Below are positions 28,117 through 37,876 of a stretch of DNA of 64,000 nt, in pieces. Origin of the DNA: an uncultured Bacteroidia bacterium (GTDB taxonomy: Bacteria; Bacteroidota; Bacteroidia; Palsa-948); assembly GCA_964481195.1 (NCBI GenBank), contig CAYZTB010000002.1:66214-130213 (forward strand), given 5' to 3'. Position 1 is the stretch's first letter, and each line of letters starts with the position of its first letter. The notes under the pieces are model-generated. The model did no database searches and was not told the origin of the DNA. It saw nothing but the letters and a program-made list of their open reading frames with translations. The position numbers and the translations under genes were made by a program.

Positions 28117-29397
28117 TTATTCAAACTCTTCGCTTAAAATCCTTTTAACTTCATTAATTGTTTCTTCTTCTAACTCAGTTCTCTTTACAAGATCATCGTT
28201 TGGCAATTCTAAAACTGCTTTTGCAGTATCACAACCAATACGCTTTAGTTCATCAATAATCCATCCTTCAATATCTTCTGAGAATTCATCTAATTCCACG
28301 TCTTCAATTTCTTCTTCCACATCGCGGTACACATCAATTTCGTAGCCGGTAAGTTTACCTGCTAAGCGAATGTTGTGTCCTCCTTTTCCGATTGCCAATG
28401 AAATCTGATCAGGCTTCAAATACACCTCAGCACGCATTTTTTCATCATCCAGTTTAATGGAAGTTACTTTAGCGGGGCTAAGAGCACGCTGAATAAATAA
28501 TGTTGAGTTAGAAGTATAGTTAATTACATCAATATTTTCATTTTTCAATTCGCGAACAATACCGTGAATACGCGAACCTTTCATTCCCACACAGGCACCA
28601 ACTGGATCGATACGGTCATCGTAACTCTCTACAGCCACTTTAGCGCGCTCGCCTGGTTCACGAACAATTTTTTTGATGGTGATAAGGCCGTCAAAAATTT
28701 CTGGAACTTCCAATTCGAATAAACGCTCCAAGAAGAAAGGAGAGGTTCTTGATAAAACAATAACGGGGTTGTTGTTTTTCATTTCTACACGTCCTATAAC
28801 GGCACGAATGGTATCGCCTTTTTTGAAAAAATCGCTTGGGATTTGCTCCATCTTAGGCATGATAAGCTCGTTGCCTTCATCATCTAATACAAGCATTTCA
28901 CGTTTCCAAATCTGATATACTTCGCCAGTAATAATTTCGCCAATTCTATCTTTATATTTGTTGTAAACAGCATCTTTTTCAAGATCTAATACACGACCAA
29001 TTAAGTTCTGACGGATTGTTAATATGGCTCTTCTTCCAAAGTCGTCCAGTTTTACTTCCTGTGCAACATCTTCGCCAAGTTCGAAGTCCTCATCAATTTT
29101 ATGAGCTGCAGTAAGAGATATATGTTTATTTGGATCGTAGTCAAAACTATCATCGGCAAACTCCTCATCCACTACCTGACGGTTATGCCAGATTTCGGGT
29201 TTTCCTTTGTCGTTAACGATAACGTCAAAGTTTTCGTCTGAGCCGAACTTTTTGCGGATAATTCCACGAAATACATCTTCTAGAATACTAATGAGGGTAA
29301 CGCGGTCAATGCTTTTTACCTCTTTAAATTCCGAGAACGACTCAATCAAATTTGAAACGTCAATCTCTTTTTGCTTAGTTGCTGCTTTAGTAGCCAT
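28117..29397 (-). CDS. nusA: Transcription termination/antitermination factor NusA.
   Basis: S1 and KH domains (…GERAKVAV…GACVGMKGSRI…). Located directly upstream of infB. Confidence 0.95.
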   Translation of the reverse strand: MATKAATKQKEIDVSNLIESFSEFKEVKSIDRVTLISILEDVFRGIIRKKFGSDENFDVIVNDKGKPEIWHNRQVVDEEFADDSFDYDPNKHISLTAAHKIDEDFELGEDVAQEVKLDDFGRRAILTIRQNLIGRVLDLEKDAVYNKYKDRIGEIITGEVYQIWKREMLVLDDEGNELIMPKMEQIPSDFFKKGDTIRAVIGRVEMKNNNPVIVLSRTSPFFLERLFELEVPEIFDGLITIKKIVREPGERAKVAVESYDDRIDPVGACVGMKGSRIHGIVRELKNENIDVINYTSNSTLFIQRALSPAKVTSIKLDDEKMRAEVYLKPDQISLAIGKGGHNIRLAGKLTGYEIDVYRDVEEEIEDVELDEFSEDIEGWIIDELKRIGCDTAKAVLELPNDDLVKRTELEEETINEVKRILSEEFE

Positions 29398-29423
29398 TTG
29401 TTTTATTGTTATTGTTCGTTTTT

Positions 29424-29458
29424 AGAAACAAAAAGGGGGACTTTGTCAATCCCCCTTT
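29424..29458 (-). promoter_or_regulatory. GC-rich leader hairpin plus U-tract (putative attenuator) upstream of nusA.
   Basis: On the minus strand: AAGGGGGA-TTGACAAAG-TCCCCCTT followed by TTGTTTCT. It lies ~35 nt before the nusA start and has no upstream gene to terminate. Confidence 0.4.
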
Positions 29459-29571
29459 CCACCATCATATCTATGCGCAAAGTTAAAAAAATATTCGTAC
29501 ACGCATAAACATCTAAACCTCAAAAAAGTAGTTATTTTATTGTCCTTCACCGCTAAATAGAACTCGGTGAT

Positions 29572-30240
29572 GTGCTTTTGTTACTTTTGTATTCAATGAA
29601 TTTTAAGCATTTTTTCTTCTTTTTTGCAATGTTTAGCCCATTTTTTATGTTTGGGCAAATTTCTACCACTTCGGACACTTCTAAAATGGATACTTTATTT
29701 TTTCTTAATGGAGAAACTAGAGCAGTTAAAATTGTTGATACTGTTGCTCATTTAGTGCGTTTTTTACCGCAAAAAATAAATGGAAAAGCTAAAGTGCAGG
29801 ACATTGAAAAGGCAAAAATATTTTCATTAAAGTTTTCTAATGGGCAAGAACGAATTATGTATTTCCACGATTCTATATTAGGCAATGTGTTTTCTGTAAT
29901 GGAAGCCAAGATGTTTATGCTGGGAGAGCAGGAGGCGGAAAGAAATTATAAAAATAAATGGCCATTCATTATAGGTTTTGCTAGTGGTATTATTTATCCT
30001 ATAGTACTTTCAAATGCTGTTTTGCTGTCTCCTATACCGGCAGCAATAACTCCGTTGCACACTATTATCCCTGTAATTAGAGTCAACACTAAAAAAATAA
30101 TTAACAAAAATTATTTACAGTACGATACTTATTTGATGGGCTACGAACGCGTTGCCCGAAAAAAGAATTTTTTTCATTCCATGGTTGGCGCGGGCATAGG
30201 GTTAGCTGCCGGCTTTGGAATATGGGCAGTATTAAAATAA
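29572..30240 (+). CDS. Hypothetical membrane protein.
   Basis: ORF with an N-terminal hydrophobic segment and C-terminal TM segments. The start is possibly at MNFKHFF (29596). Confidence 0.4.
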   Translation: MLLLLLYSMNFKHFFFFFAMFSPFFMFGQISTTSDTSKMDTLFFLNGETRAVKIVDTVAHLVRFLPQKINGKAKVQDIEKAKIFSLKFSNGQERIMYFHDSILGNVFSVMEAKMFMLGEQEAERNYKNKWPFIIGFASGIIYPIVLSNAVLLSPIPAAITPLHTIIPVIRVNTKKIINKNYLQYDTYLMGYERVARKKNFFHSMVGAGIGLAAGFGIWAVLK

Positions 30241-30250
30241 TACATGCATC

Positions 30251-31081
30251 ATGAAAAGAGGGTTCAACTTTATTCTTTACAGTAACCTATTTATTTCTTT
30301 TTGTGCTGCTGCCATTACAGCCGAAACTTTTTTGCTAATTGGTGTAGCCATAAACTTTCATTATGTGCTATTTGTTTTTTTTGCAACGTTGGCGCAGTAC
30401 GCTTTTCCGGTTTTAATAGAAAAAAACTACTCGCTAGCAAATTCAGAGCGACATCAATGGGTATTTAAACATAAGAAGTTTGTGCTGGCAGGATTTGTAA
30501 TTTCATTAGTAGTGACAGGAGGATTACTGCTTTTTTTTCCTCATATGTTCATCGTTTGGTTTTTACCTATTGGAGTTATTTCGTTTGCTTATTATATCCC
30601 TCAATCCGGATTAAGAAGTACGGCAGGTGTTAACGCAGGATCGGTAGCTATTGTGTGGACGGGCGTAACGGCTTTGTTTCCTATTTTATTTGCAGAAGAT
30701 TTTTTATTGCTTGGCCCCGGGAATTATAAATATGCAACCATTATGTTTTTAAACTTCTTGTATATTTTTCCTCTATGCTTAATTTATAATGTACGCGATA
30801 TGGAGGCTGATAGAAAAGCAGGCATAACTACTTTTGCATTAGTGCATGGTGTAAAAAAATCAATTGCGCTAAGTGTGATAACACTTGCTTTGTTTGTAGT
30901 ATTTGTAATTGTAGCAACATTTAGTTTAGAAATAAAAATTGCACTTGCATTAAGCGCAATAATCTCAACCATCGTTATTTATTTTGCTTCCGAAAAAAAG
31001 ACCGATTATTATTACTCCTTTTGGATTGATGGAATGATACTACTGCAAGCAGTGCTGGTGTGGGGTTGGAGTTTTTACTAA
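30251..31081 (+). CDS. Divergent UbiA-like prenyltransferase-family membrane protein.
   Basis: 8–9 TM segments and a second Asp-rich motif NVRDMEADRKAGITT. The canonical first NDxxDxxxD motif is not evident. Confidence 0.35.
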   Translation: MKRGFNFILYSNLFISFCAAAITAETFLLIGVAINFHYVLFVFFATLAQYAFPVLIEKNYSLANSERHQWVFKHKKFVLAGFVISLVVTGGLLLFFPHMFIVWFLPIGVISFAYYIPQSGLRSTAGVNAGSVAIVWTGVTALFPILFAEDFLLLGPGNYKYATIMFLNFLYIFPLCLIYNVRDMEADRKAGITTFALVHGVKKSIALSVITLALFVVFVIVATFSLEIKIALALSAIISTIVIYFASEKKTDYYYSFWIDGMILLQAVLVWGWSFY

Positions 31082-31107
31082 CGAAAGAACAATTACAGTT
31101 TTTGCAC

Positions 31108-32376
31108 TTACCTTAATGCATTTCCAATCACCGCAGATGCCTTTTTTAAGTCCTCCTCACTGTGTGCTTCGCTTACAAACCCAACTTCGTAACCGGATGG
31201 GCCAAGGTAAACCCCATTCTCTAAAAGTGTGTGATATATTTTTTGAAATTGTTTCATGGAATCAGGATTTATCTCTTCGGCAGATTGTATTTTCTCTTGA
31301 TCAGTAAATGCAAGCCAAAATATACTGCCAATCGAAAAAATTTGGCAATTGGTAGTTGGCAATTGGCAAAAAGAAATAAATAATTTTGTTTTACGTTCAA
31401 GCTCAGAATAAAAATTAGGTTTTAAGCATTCCGTAAGTTGTGCAATTCCAGCAGCCATAGCAACAGGATTTCCGGAAAGTGTTCCGGCCTGATATACATT
31501 TCCATCGGGCGAAATATGACTCATGATTTCTGCACTTGCTCCATAAGCACCAACGGGTAAACCTCCTCCAATAATTTTTCCGTAGGTAATTATATCGGGC
31601 TTAATGTTGTAATAACCTGCAGCTCCTGTAAACCCAATCCTGAATCCTGAGATTACTTCATCAAATATTAAAAGCGATTTATTTTCTGTGCAAATGTCGC
31701 GAAGAAATTGCAAGTATTCTTTATCTTGTAAAAGCAAACCGTTGTTGGCTGGAATAGGTTCAATGATGATGCAGGCAATTTCATTTTTAAATTTTGAAAA
31801 CGCTTCTTTTACAGCCTCTTTATTATTAAGTGGACAAACAATGGTTTCATTTACAAATGCTTCAGGTACTCCAGCTGAAGAAGTATTTCCAAAGGTTACT
31901 AAACCAGATCCTGCTTTTACTAAAAGTGAATCACTATGGCCGTGGTAACATCCTTCAAACTTTAATATTTTATTTCGCTTGGCAAAACCTCTGGCTAATC
32001 GTATGGCGCTCATCACCGCTTCGGTGCCCGAACTTACAAAGCGAATTTTTCCAATGAATTTATTATTGGATAAAATTAAGTCAGCTAATTTATTTTCCAG
32101 TTCTGTGGGTGCACCAAAGGAGCTGCCTTTTTCTACAGTAGTCTTTATTGCTTCTACTACTTTAGGGTGTGCATGTCCTAAAATAAGTGGCCCCCACGAA
32201 CAACAAAAATCAATAAACTCGTTTCCATCTGCATCCCATATGTGAGAGCCTTTTCCTCGCTCAATAAACAAAGGTGTGCCACCTACTGAGCGGAATGCTC
32301 TAACAGGAGAATTTACTCCACCCGGAAAATAGGTTTCTGCTTTCTCAAAAAGTGCTTCGGATTTTTGTTTTTTCAT
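31108..32376 (-). CDS. hemL: Glutamate-1-semialdehyde 2,1-aminomutase.
   Basis: From [28 protein letters not shown]…: GSA-aminomutase signature and PLP Lys region. The ORF track's 542-aa version is an upstream read-through. Confidence 0.9.
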   Translation of the reverse strand: MKKQKSEALFEKAETYFPGGVNSPVRAFRSVGGTPLFIERGKGSHIWDADGNEFIDFCCSWGPLILGHAHPKVVEAIKTTVEKGSSFGAPTELENKLADLILSNNKFIGKIRFVSSGTEAVMSAIRLARGFAKRNKILKFEGCYHGHSDSLLVKAGSGLVTFGNTSSAGVPEAFVNETIVCPLNNKEAVKEAFSKFKNEIACIIIEPIPANNGLLLQDKEYLQFLRDICTENKSLLIFDEVISGFRIGFTGAAGYYNIKPDIITYGKIIGGGLPVGAYGASAEIMSHISPDGNVYQAGTLSGNPVAMAAGIAQLTECLKPNFYSELERKTKLFISFCQLPTTNCQIFSIGSIFWLAFTDQEKIQSAEEINPDSMKQFQKIYHTLLENGVYLGPSGYEVGFVSEAHSEEDLKKASAVIGNALR

Positions 32377-32424
32377 ATACAAGTTATGAGGTGCAAATAT
32401 ATATCTTTGAGCGAAGAAAAACCT

Positions 32425-33693
32425 ATGAAATACGAAAACACACTTCCCTTCGCACAAGCACAAGATGCTGCGGACCCACTTAAAAAATATAGAGAACAAT
32501 TTTACTTTCCTCAGATGCATGGCAGGGAAGTAGTGTACTTTACCGGCAACTCTTTGGGACTGCAACCCAAGAGCACACAAGATCATGTTATAAAAGAACT
32601 TGAGGATTGGGCTTCGTTTGGTGTTGAAGGTCATTTTCATGCCCGCAATCCTTGGTTCTCGTATCACGAACAATTTGCAGAGCCAGTTTCTAAAATAGTT
32701 GGAGCAAAACCTACGGAAGTGGTGGTTATGAATCACCTCACCAGCAACTTACATCTGTTAATGGCCTCGTTTTACCGCCCTACTAAAAAGAGGTTCAAAA
32801 TAATTTGCGAGTACAAAGCATTTCCTTCCGATCAGTATGCCATAGAAACACAAGTGCAACATCACGGTTTTGATCCAGCCGATGCAATTGTAGAGGTGAA
32901 ACCCAGAGAAGGAGAATATGTGATTCGTACCGAAGATATTTTAGCTGCGATTGAAAAAAATAAAAATGAGCTGGAGTTGGTATTATTCGGAGGTGTAAAT
33001 TATTTTACCGGTCAGGTTTTTGAAATGGAAGAAATTACCAAAGCAGCACATGCTGCAGGTGCCATGGCTGGTTTTGATTTAGCACACGCAGCCGGAAATA
33101 TAAAAATGAACTTGCACGATTGGAATGTGGATTTTGCTTGCTGGTGTACCTACAAATACATGAACTCCGGACCGGGCTGTGTAGGTGGAGCTTTTATACA
33201 CGAGAAACATCATAAACTTCAAACACCCAGACTTGGTGGTTGGTGGGGGCACGATAAAGCTTCGCGCTTTAAGATGGAAAAAGGGTTTAAACCTATGTTA
33301 ACTGCTGAAGCATGGCAGCTTAGTAACGCACCTGTTATTGCTATGGCTTGTCACAAAGCAGCCATTGAAATGTTTAGCGAAGCGGGCATGGATGCATTAA
33401 CTCAAAAAAGCGAAAAACTTACAGGCTATTTAGAATTTATAATTCAGGAAATAAATTCTAAAAAGCAAAGTCCAAATTCAAAAGGGCTGGAAATAATTAC
33501 TCCAAAGGAAAGAGGGTGTCAGCTTTCAATTGTAGCTCACGGAATGGGAAAATCTTTGCATGAAAAACTTACTGCAGCAGGAGTAATTGCAGACTGGAGA
33601 GAGCCCAATGTAATACGATGCGCACCAGTGCCGCTTTATAATTCGTACGAAGATGTTTGGAGGTTTGGAGATATTCTGACAAACGCTTTATAA
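32425..33693 (+). CDS. kynU: Kynureninase.
   Basis: [30 protein letters not shown]… matches the kynureninase N-terminus. PLP fold type I aminotransferase class V. Confidence 0.85.
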   Translation: MKYENTLPFAQAQDAADPLKKYREQFYFPQMHGREVVYFTGNSLGLQPKSTQDHVIKELEDWASFGVEGHFHARNPWFSYHEQFAEPVSKIVGAKPTEVVVMNHLTSNLHLLMASFYRPTKKRFKIICEYKAFPSDQYAIETQVQHHGFDPADAIVEVKPREGEYVIRTEDILAAIEKNKNELELVLFGGVNYFTGQVFEMEEITKAAHAAGAMAGFDLAHAAGNIKMNLHDWNVDFACWCTYKYMNSGPGCVGGAFIHEKHHKLQTPRLGGWWGHDKASRFKMEKGFKPMLTAEAWQLSNAPVIAMACHKAAIEMFSEAGMDALTQKSEKLTGYLEFIIQEINSKKQSPNSKGLEIITPKERGCQLSIVAHGMGKSLHEKLTAAGVIADWREPNVIRCAPVPLYNSYEDVWRFGDILTNAL

Positions 33694-33694
33694 A

Positions 33695-33835
33695 CTAAGC
33701 GTTTTGATTGATAGGGCAAGAACCGCAACCGGTTTCTTTCTTTTTGAAAAACGCTAGATATACTCGGTGACCAAGGTATAAAATTGCAGAGCCGAATACG
33801 ATATAAACTAAAATTGATTGGGTAGCCATATTCAT
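33695..33835 (-). CDS. FeoB-associated Cys-rich small membrane protein family (46 aa).
   Basis: Hand translation of the minus strand: MNMATQSILVYIVFGSAILYLGHRVYLAFFKKKETGCGSCPINQNA*. It has one TM helix, a KKK stop-transfer and a GCGSC motif. It is below the ORF-track length cut-off. Confidence 0.5.
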   Translation of the reverse strand: MNMATQSILVYIVFGSAILYLGHRVYLAFFKKKETGCGSCPINQNA

Positions 33836-33902
33836 CATTTATTACTCCTCAAAGTTACTACTTTTGTTACTTAATTAATACTCTCTTTTAGGTATTTAGC
33901 AC

Positions 33903-35945
33903 ATGATTAACGCAGATTCTCTCATAAAATTCAATAAGAAAAAATATTCTGATGATATTTTACTTGGGCTTTACAAAGCGCTATTAAAACCTCGACTGAT
34001 AGAGGAAAAGATGCTGATTTTGCTTAGGCAGGGAAGGATTACTAAATGGTTTTCCGGCATTGGACAAGAAGCTAGTTCAGTAGGTGCAGCCATGGCGCTG
34101 GATAAGGACGAATATATTTTGCCTATGCACCGTAACCTGGGCACGTTTACAGTTCGAGGAATTCCACTTGAAAAACTATTTGCTCAGTTTCAAGGAAAAA
34201 AATCCGGATTTACAAAAGGGCGTGACCGCAGTTTCCATTTTGGAACGCAGGACTATAAGATTGTCGGCATGATTTCTCACCTAGGTCCACAAATGGGTGT
34301 TGCTGACGGGATTGCTTTAAGTCATTTATTGAAGAAAGAAAAAAAAGTTACGCTTGTTTATACCGGAGATGGAGGAGCATCGGAAGGAGATTTCCATGAG
34401 AGTATAAACGTAGCAGCAGTATGGAATTTGCCGGTGATTTTTGCCATTGAAAATAATGGATACGGGTTATCAACCCCATCTTCAGAACAATTTAAGTGTA
34501 AACAATTTATTGATAAAGCTATTGGTTATGGAATAGAGGCGCATCAGATAGACGGAAACAATGTGTTGGAAGTGTATGACACAATTCGCATTCTTTCAGA
34601 CTCCATCAGAAAAAATCCTAGACCTATTCTATTGGAGTGCATCACTTTCCGTATGCGTGGACACGAAGAGGCAAGCGGCACAAAATACATTGACCCAAAA
34701 CTTTTTGAAGAATGGGGAAAGAAAGACCCAATACTGAATTACGAGAAATTTTTGTTGGAAGAAAATATCCTTACTGAAGAAATAATTTCAGAATACAAAG
34801 CGGAAATAAAAAAAGAAATTGAAAAAGGAATTGAAGTTGCATTTGGTGAGGAGAATATTGTTGCTAATACAGAAGAAGAAGTTAGGGATTTGTATGCAAG
34901 CCCCTCTTCCGTCTCCCCCAAAGGGGGAAAAACCAACACCACGCTACACTCTCCCCTTGAGGGCGAGAAGGAGAGGGGTAGTAAGTCAATGCGCCTTATC
35001 GATTCCATCTCTGATGGACTACGTTTAGCAATGAGAAAACATGAAAATTTAGTTTTAATGGGACAGGACATTGCAGATTATGGAGGAGTATTTAAAATTA
35101 CGGATGGCTTTGTAAAAGAATTTGGAAAAGAAAGAGTGCGTAACACTCCACTTTGCGAGAGCGCAATTTTAGGCGCAGGGTTAGGTCTTTCAATCAACGG
35201 TATGAAGGCCATGGTGGAAATGCAGTTTGCCGATTTTGTGAGCGAAGGCATGACGCAGATTTGTAATAACCTAGCAAAATCACATTGGCGCTGGGGTCAA
35301 AATGCCGATGTGGTGGTGCGCATGCCAACGGGTGCAGGATCAGCAGCCGGACCTTTTCATTCGCAGAGTAACGAAGCATGGTTTTTTCATATTCCCGGAT
35401 TAAAAATTGTGTATCCCGCATTTCCGTTGGATGCTAAGGGATTGTTGCTCTCAGCCTTTGAAGATCCCAATCCTGTGATGTTTTTTGAGCATAAAATGTT
35501 GTACCGAGGAATGAGCCAAGAAGTGCCGGAGGATTATTTTACCATTCCGATTGGCAAAGCAAAAATTTTAAAAGAGGGAAACAATTGCACCATTATTACC
35601 TATGGAATGGGCGTGCATTGGGCTTTGGAAATAATAGAAAGAAATAAACTAACTGATGTAGAGCTGGTTGATTTACGCTCGCTAGCACCGTTGGATACTG
35701 AAACTATTTTTGAAAGTGCAAAGAAGACCGGTAAAGTAATTATTCTGCACGAAGATACTTTGACTGGCGGAATAGGAGGAGAAATATCGGCTTTAATTAC
35801 TGAAAACTGTTTTAACAGCCTAGATGCTCCTGTGATGCGTGAAGGCTCTTTAGATACTCCTGTTCCATTTACGGAAACTTTAGAAAAAAACTTTTTACCT
35901 AAAGAAAGGTTTGAGAAAAAACTTTTGCAATTGCTGGAGTACTAA
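33903..35945 (+). CDS. Fused alpha-ketoacid dehydrogenase E1 component alpha/beta (BCKDH/PDH-type).
   Basis: The N-terminal half is E1-alpha (TPP-binding GDG…N). The C-terminal half starts MRLIDSISDGLRLAMRKHENLVLMGQDIADYGGVF (E1-beta). A single 680-aa polypeptide. Confidence 0.85.
   Translation: MINADSLIKFNKKKYSDDILLGLYKALLKPRLIEEKMLILLRQGRITKWFSGIGQEASSVGAAMALDKDEYILPMHRNLGTFTVRGIPLEKLFAQFQGKKSGFTKGRDRSFHFGTQDYKIVGMISHLGPQMGVADGIALSHLLKKEKKVTLVYTGDGGASEGDFHESINVAAVWNLPVIFAIENNGYGLSTPSSEQFKCKQFIDKAIGYGIEAHQIDGNNVLEVYDTIRILSDSIRKNPRPILLECITFRMRGHEEASGTKYIDPKLFEEWGKKDPILNYEKFLLEENILTEEIISEYKAEIKKEIEKGIEVAFGEENIVANTEEEVRDLYASPSSVSPKGGKTNTTLHSPLEGEKERGSKSMRLIDSISDGLRLAMRKHENLVLMGQDIADYGGVFKITDGFVKEFGKERVRNTPLCESAILGAGLGLSINGMKAMVEMQFADFVSEGMTQICNNLAKSHWRWGQNADVVVRMPTGAGSAAGPFHSQSNEAWFFHIPGLKIVYPAFPLDAKGLLLSAFEDPNPVMFFEHKMLYRGMSQEVPEDYFTIPIGKAKILKEGNNCTIITYGMGVHWALEIIERNKLTDVELVDLRSLAPLDTETIFESAKKTGKVIILHEDTLTGGIGGEISALITENCFNSLDAPVMREGSLDTPVPFTETLEKNFLPKERFEKKLLQLLEY
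34899..34980. repeat. GC-rich palindromic mini-element (copy A), in frame in the E1 alpha–beta linker.
   Basis: cccctcttccgtctcccccaaagggggaaaaaccaacaccacgctacactctccccttgagggcgagaaggagagggg forms two hairpins (TCCCCC/GGGGGA and CTCTCC/GGAGAG). It is a sharp GC spike in AT-rich surroundings. It encodes SPSSVSPKGGKTNTTLHSPLEGEKERG. Confidence 0.6.
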
Positions 35946-35995
35946 CAAAAAAAAGCGAAGAATATTCTTCGCTTTTTTTTGTCATTGAAAATTAT

Positions 35996-37822
35996 TTATT
36001 TCAAAATAACTTTCCCTTTCCAAACTTCGTCACCTGCTTTTAAAATGATGTAGTACATTCCTGCAGGCTGAGAAGAAATATCAATTCTTTTTTCATAATT
36101 GCCAGACGTGTTTTCGGCTAATTCAAAAACAGACTGACCTAGACTATTTACGATTTCAAGTGTGCTGTTATGTGTTTCGGTCAGAGGGATATTAATGTTT
36201 AATATTCCGTTACTGGGATTTGGAAACACGTTTATATTATGTGTTAAGATCTGATCATGAATTCCGTTACTTGTTCCGCCAGGAATTGTGCCAGAAATAA
36301 AATATTGTCCCAGTGAACCAAAATCGGAATAACCTGTATTTAATGGAGAGCCATATCCAACGCCATCAATTTCTAAAAAGTAATTTCCAGCAGAGAGGCT
36401 TTGAGAAATTGTAACAGCAGTTGACAATACACCGGTAGGATCTACTTTTATTATTTCTGTTCCATTTACATCCAGTATTCTTGCCTGGATATCTAAATCA
36501 GGAACGCTGGCACTTCCAGGTTCGGTTTTTGCATTGATGGTTAAACTTACGGTGCCTCCGGTTGTTGTAAAAGAAAAAATATCTAAATCTGTTCTTCTTC
36601 CAATCACACCAAAATTAGAAGAGGAAGAAACCGTTCCTGTTCCCCCAATCACTAATGCAGTTGCTGTTGCTATAGTGCTGCCATGATCATCTACGCGGTA
36701 TGGTAGACGGTTACTAATGATAGTAAGATCATCTTGCTGATTATTTGCGCCTGTGTATTCGCCTTTGCTCCAATGTACAATAGGTCGGGAATATACTGCG
36801 CCCATGATTGGCCCCCAGCTTGCATGCCCGGCATAGTACTCTTGCGAAGCTGTTCCATCGTGGCTTAGGCCAAGTGTATGTCCGCATTCATGTGCGGCAG
36901 CTTCTTCGGCACTTTTAACACTACTGTTAAATACCCAACAAGGCTCTCCGCTTCCCCAAGAATTTAAATAAGCAACACCACCAGCACCGGGAGCAGCTGT
37001 ATTTGTTGGAGTAAATATAATTTTCATTCTTTGAGAGGTAGGTGCGCTATTAAATACTGCAACGTCCGTTGTAACATTTACATTAAAAGGACTGTAGTCC
37101 TCAGACATGCAAGTCCAGATAGTTGTGATGTTTGCATTTGAAAAGCTCGAAGGGGCAGCATTAATGTTACCCCAATTACTGTTGGTTACATTCTCCCCAT
37201 CAAAATCAAGGTAAATGGTACGTGCAGCACTGGGCAAACTGTTGAGTAAAGGGGCAGCAGTAGTTTCATTATTTTTTTGTGCAGATGCATTGTCAGGTAC
37301 TTCGTCTAAGTTAGTTTCTTTAGCTTGGTATTGGTTATAATCAAAACACATAACCTGATGAATATCAATTGGAGTAACAAAAACATCTCCTTTATAATTC
37401 GTAGAAATATCGAAAGCTTCTTTAGATTTTCTGAAAATCACTTTTCCTGACAAAGTGTTTCCTTCTTCATTTAGAAAAAAAGTAGCTTGCTCGTACCCAA
37501 CTACATTACCAAATACGTGCATCTTACCATCTCTATTGGAGTTATTACTAACGATAATCCACGCAGTTTTATCGGCAGCTAATTTAATGGAGTGCTGTTG
37601 TTTGTTGCTTGGATTTATTTTAGAAAAACTTTTGATGAGCTCTTTAGCTGAGCCTAGATATACAGCATCAGATTTTTCATTTCCAAAGGAAAGGTTAAAC
37701 GCCAAGCAAAAGGAAAGCGACACTAAAATTCCTCGGAAAATTTTTGTAGTGTAAAATGTAACCATAGAAAAAAAGTTTAGTGTTGGTTTGAAAGAAGGGT
37801 AAAGGTACATATACGATTTCAA
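35996..37822 (-). CDS. Metzincin-type zinc metalloprotease (M43/pappalysin-like) with a T9SS type-A CTD.
   Basis: HECGHTLGLSHDG matches HExxHxxGxxH(D). The C-terminal …TLEIVNSLGQSVFEL…GMYYIILKAGDEVWKGKVILK is a Por secretion tail. Confidence 0.7.
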   Translation of the reverse strand: MKSYMYLYPSFKPTLNFFSMVTFYTTKIFRGILVSLSFCLAFNLSFGNEKSDAVYLGSAKELIKSFSKINPSNKQQHSIKLAADKTAWIIVSNNSNRDGKMHVFGNVVGYEQATFFLNEEGNTLSGKVIFRKSKEAFDISTNYKGDVFVTPIDIHQVMCFDYNQYQAKETNLDEVPDNASAQKNNETTAAPLLNSLPSAARTIYLDFDGENVTNSNWGNINAAPSSFSNANITTIWTCMSEDYSPFNVNVTTDVAVFNSAPTSQRMKIIFTPTNTAAPGAGGVAYLNSWGSGEPCWVFNSSVKSAEEAAAHECGHTLGLSHDGTASQEYYAGHASWGPIMGAVYSRPIVHWSKGEYTGANNQQDDLTIISNRLPYRVDDHGSTIATATALVIGGTGTVSSSSNFGVIGRRTDLDIFSFTTTGGTVSLTINAKTEPGSASVPDLDIQARILDVNGTEIIKVDPTGVLSTAVTISQSLSAGNYFLEIDGVGYGSPLNTGYSDFGSLGQYFISGTIPGGTSNGIHDQILTHNINVFPNPSNGILNINIPLTETHNSTLEIVNSLGQSVFELAENTSGNYEKRIDISSQPAGMYYIILKAGDEVWKGKVILK

Positions 37823-37876
37823 AATGCCAAATTAATCGGCAATAATTAATGAAAGAATAAGAAAAAAAGGGAAATG

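Noticed and set aside
31310-31390. Nucleotide repeat ttggcaattggtagttggcaattggcaaa.
   Set aside because: It lies inside hemL and translates to the conserved …[15 protein letters not shown]… segment. It is coding-sequence coincidence, not a regulatory repeat.
32377-32736. A 120-aa N-terminal extension of the hemL ORF (the ORF track gives 542 aa).
   Set aside because: The extension is hydrophobic, junk-like sequence that overlaps the kynU promoter and start. The conserved HemL N-terminus begins at MKKQKSE (32376).
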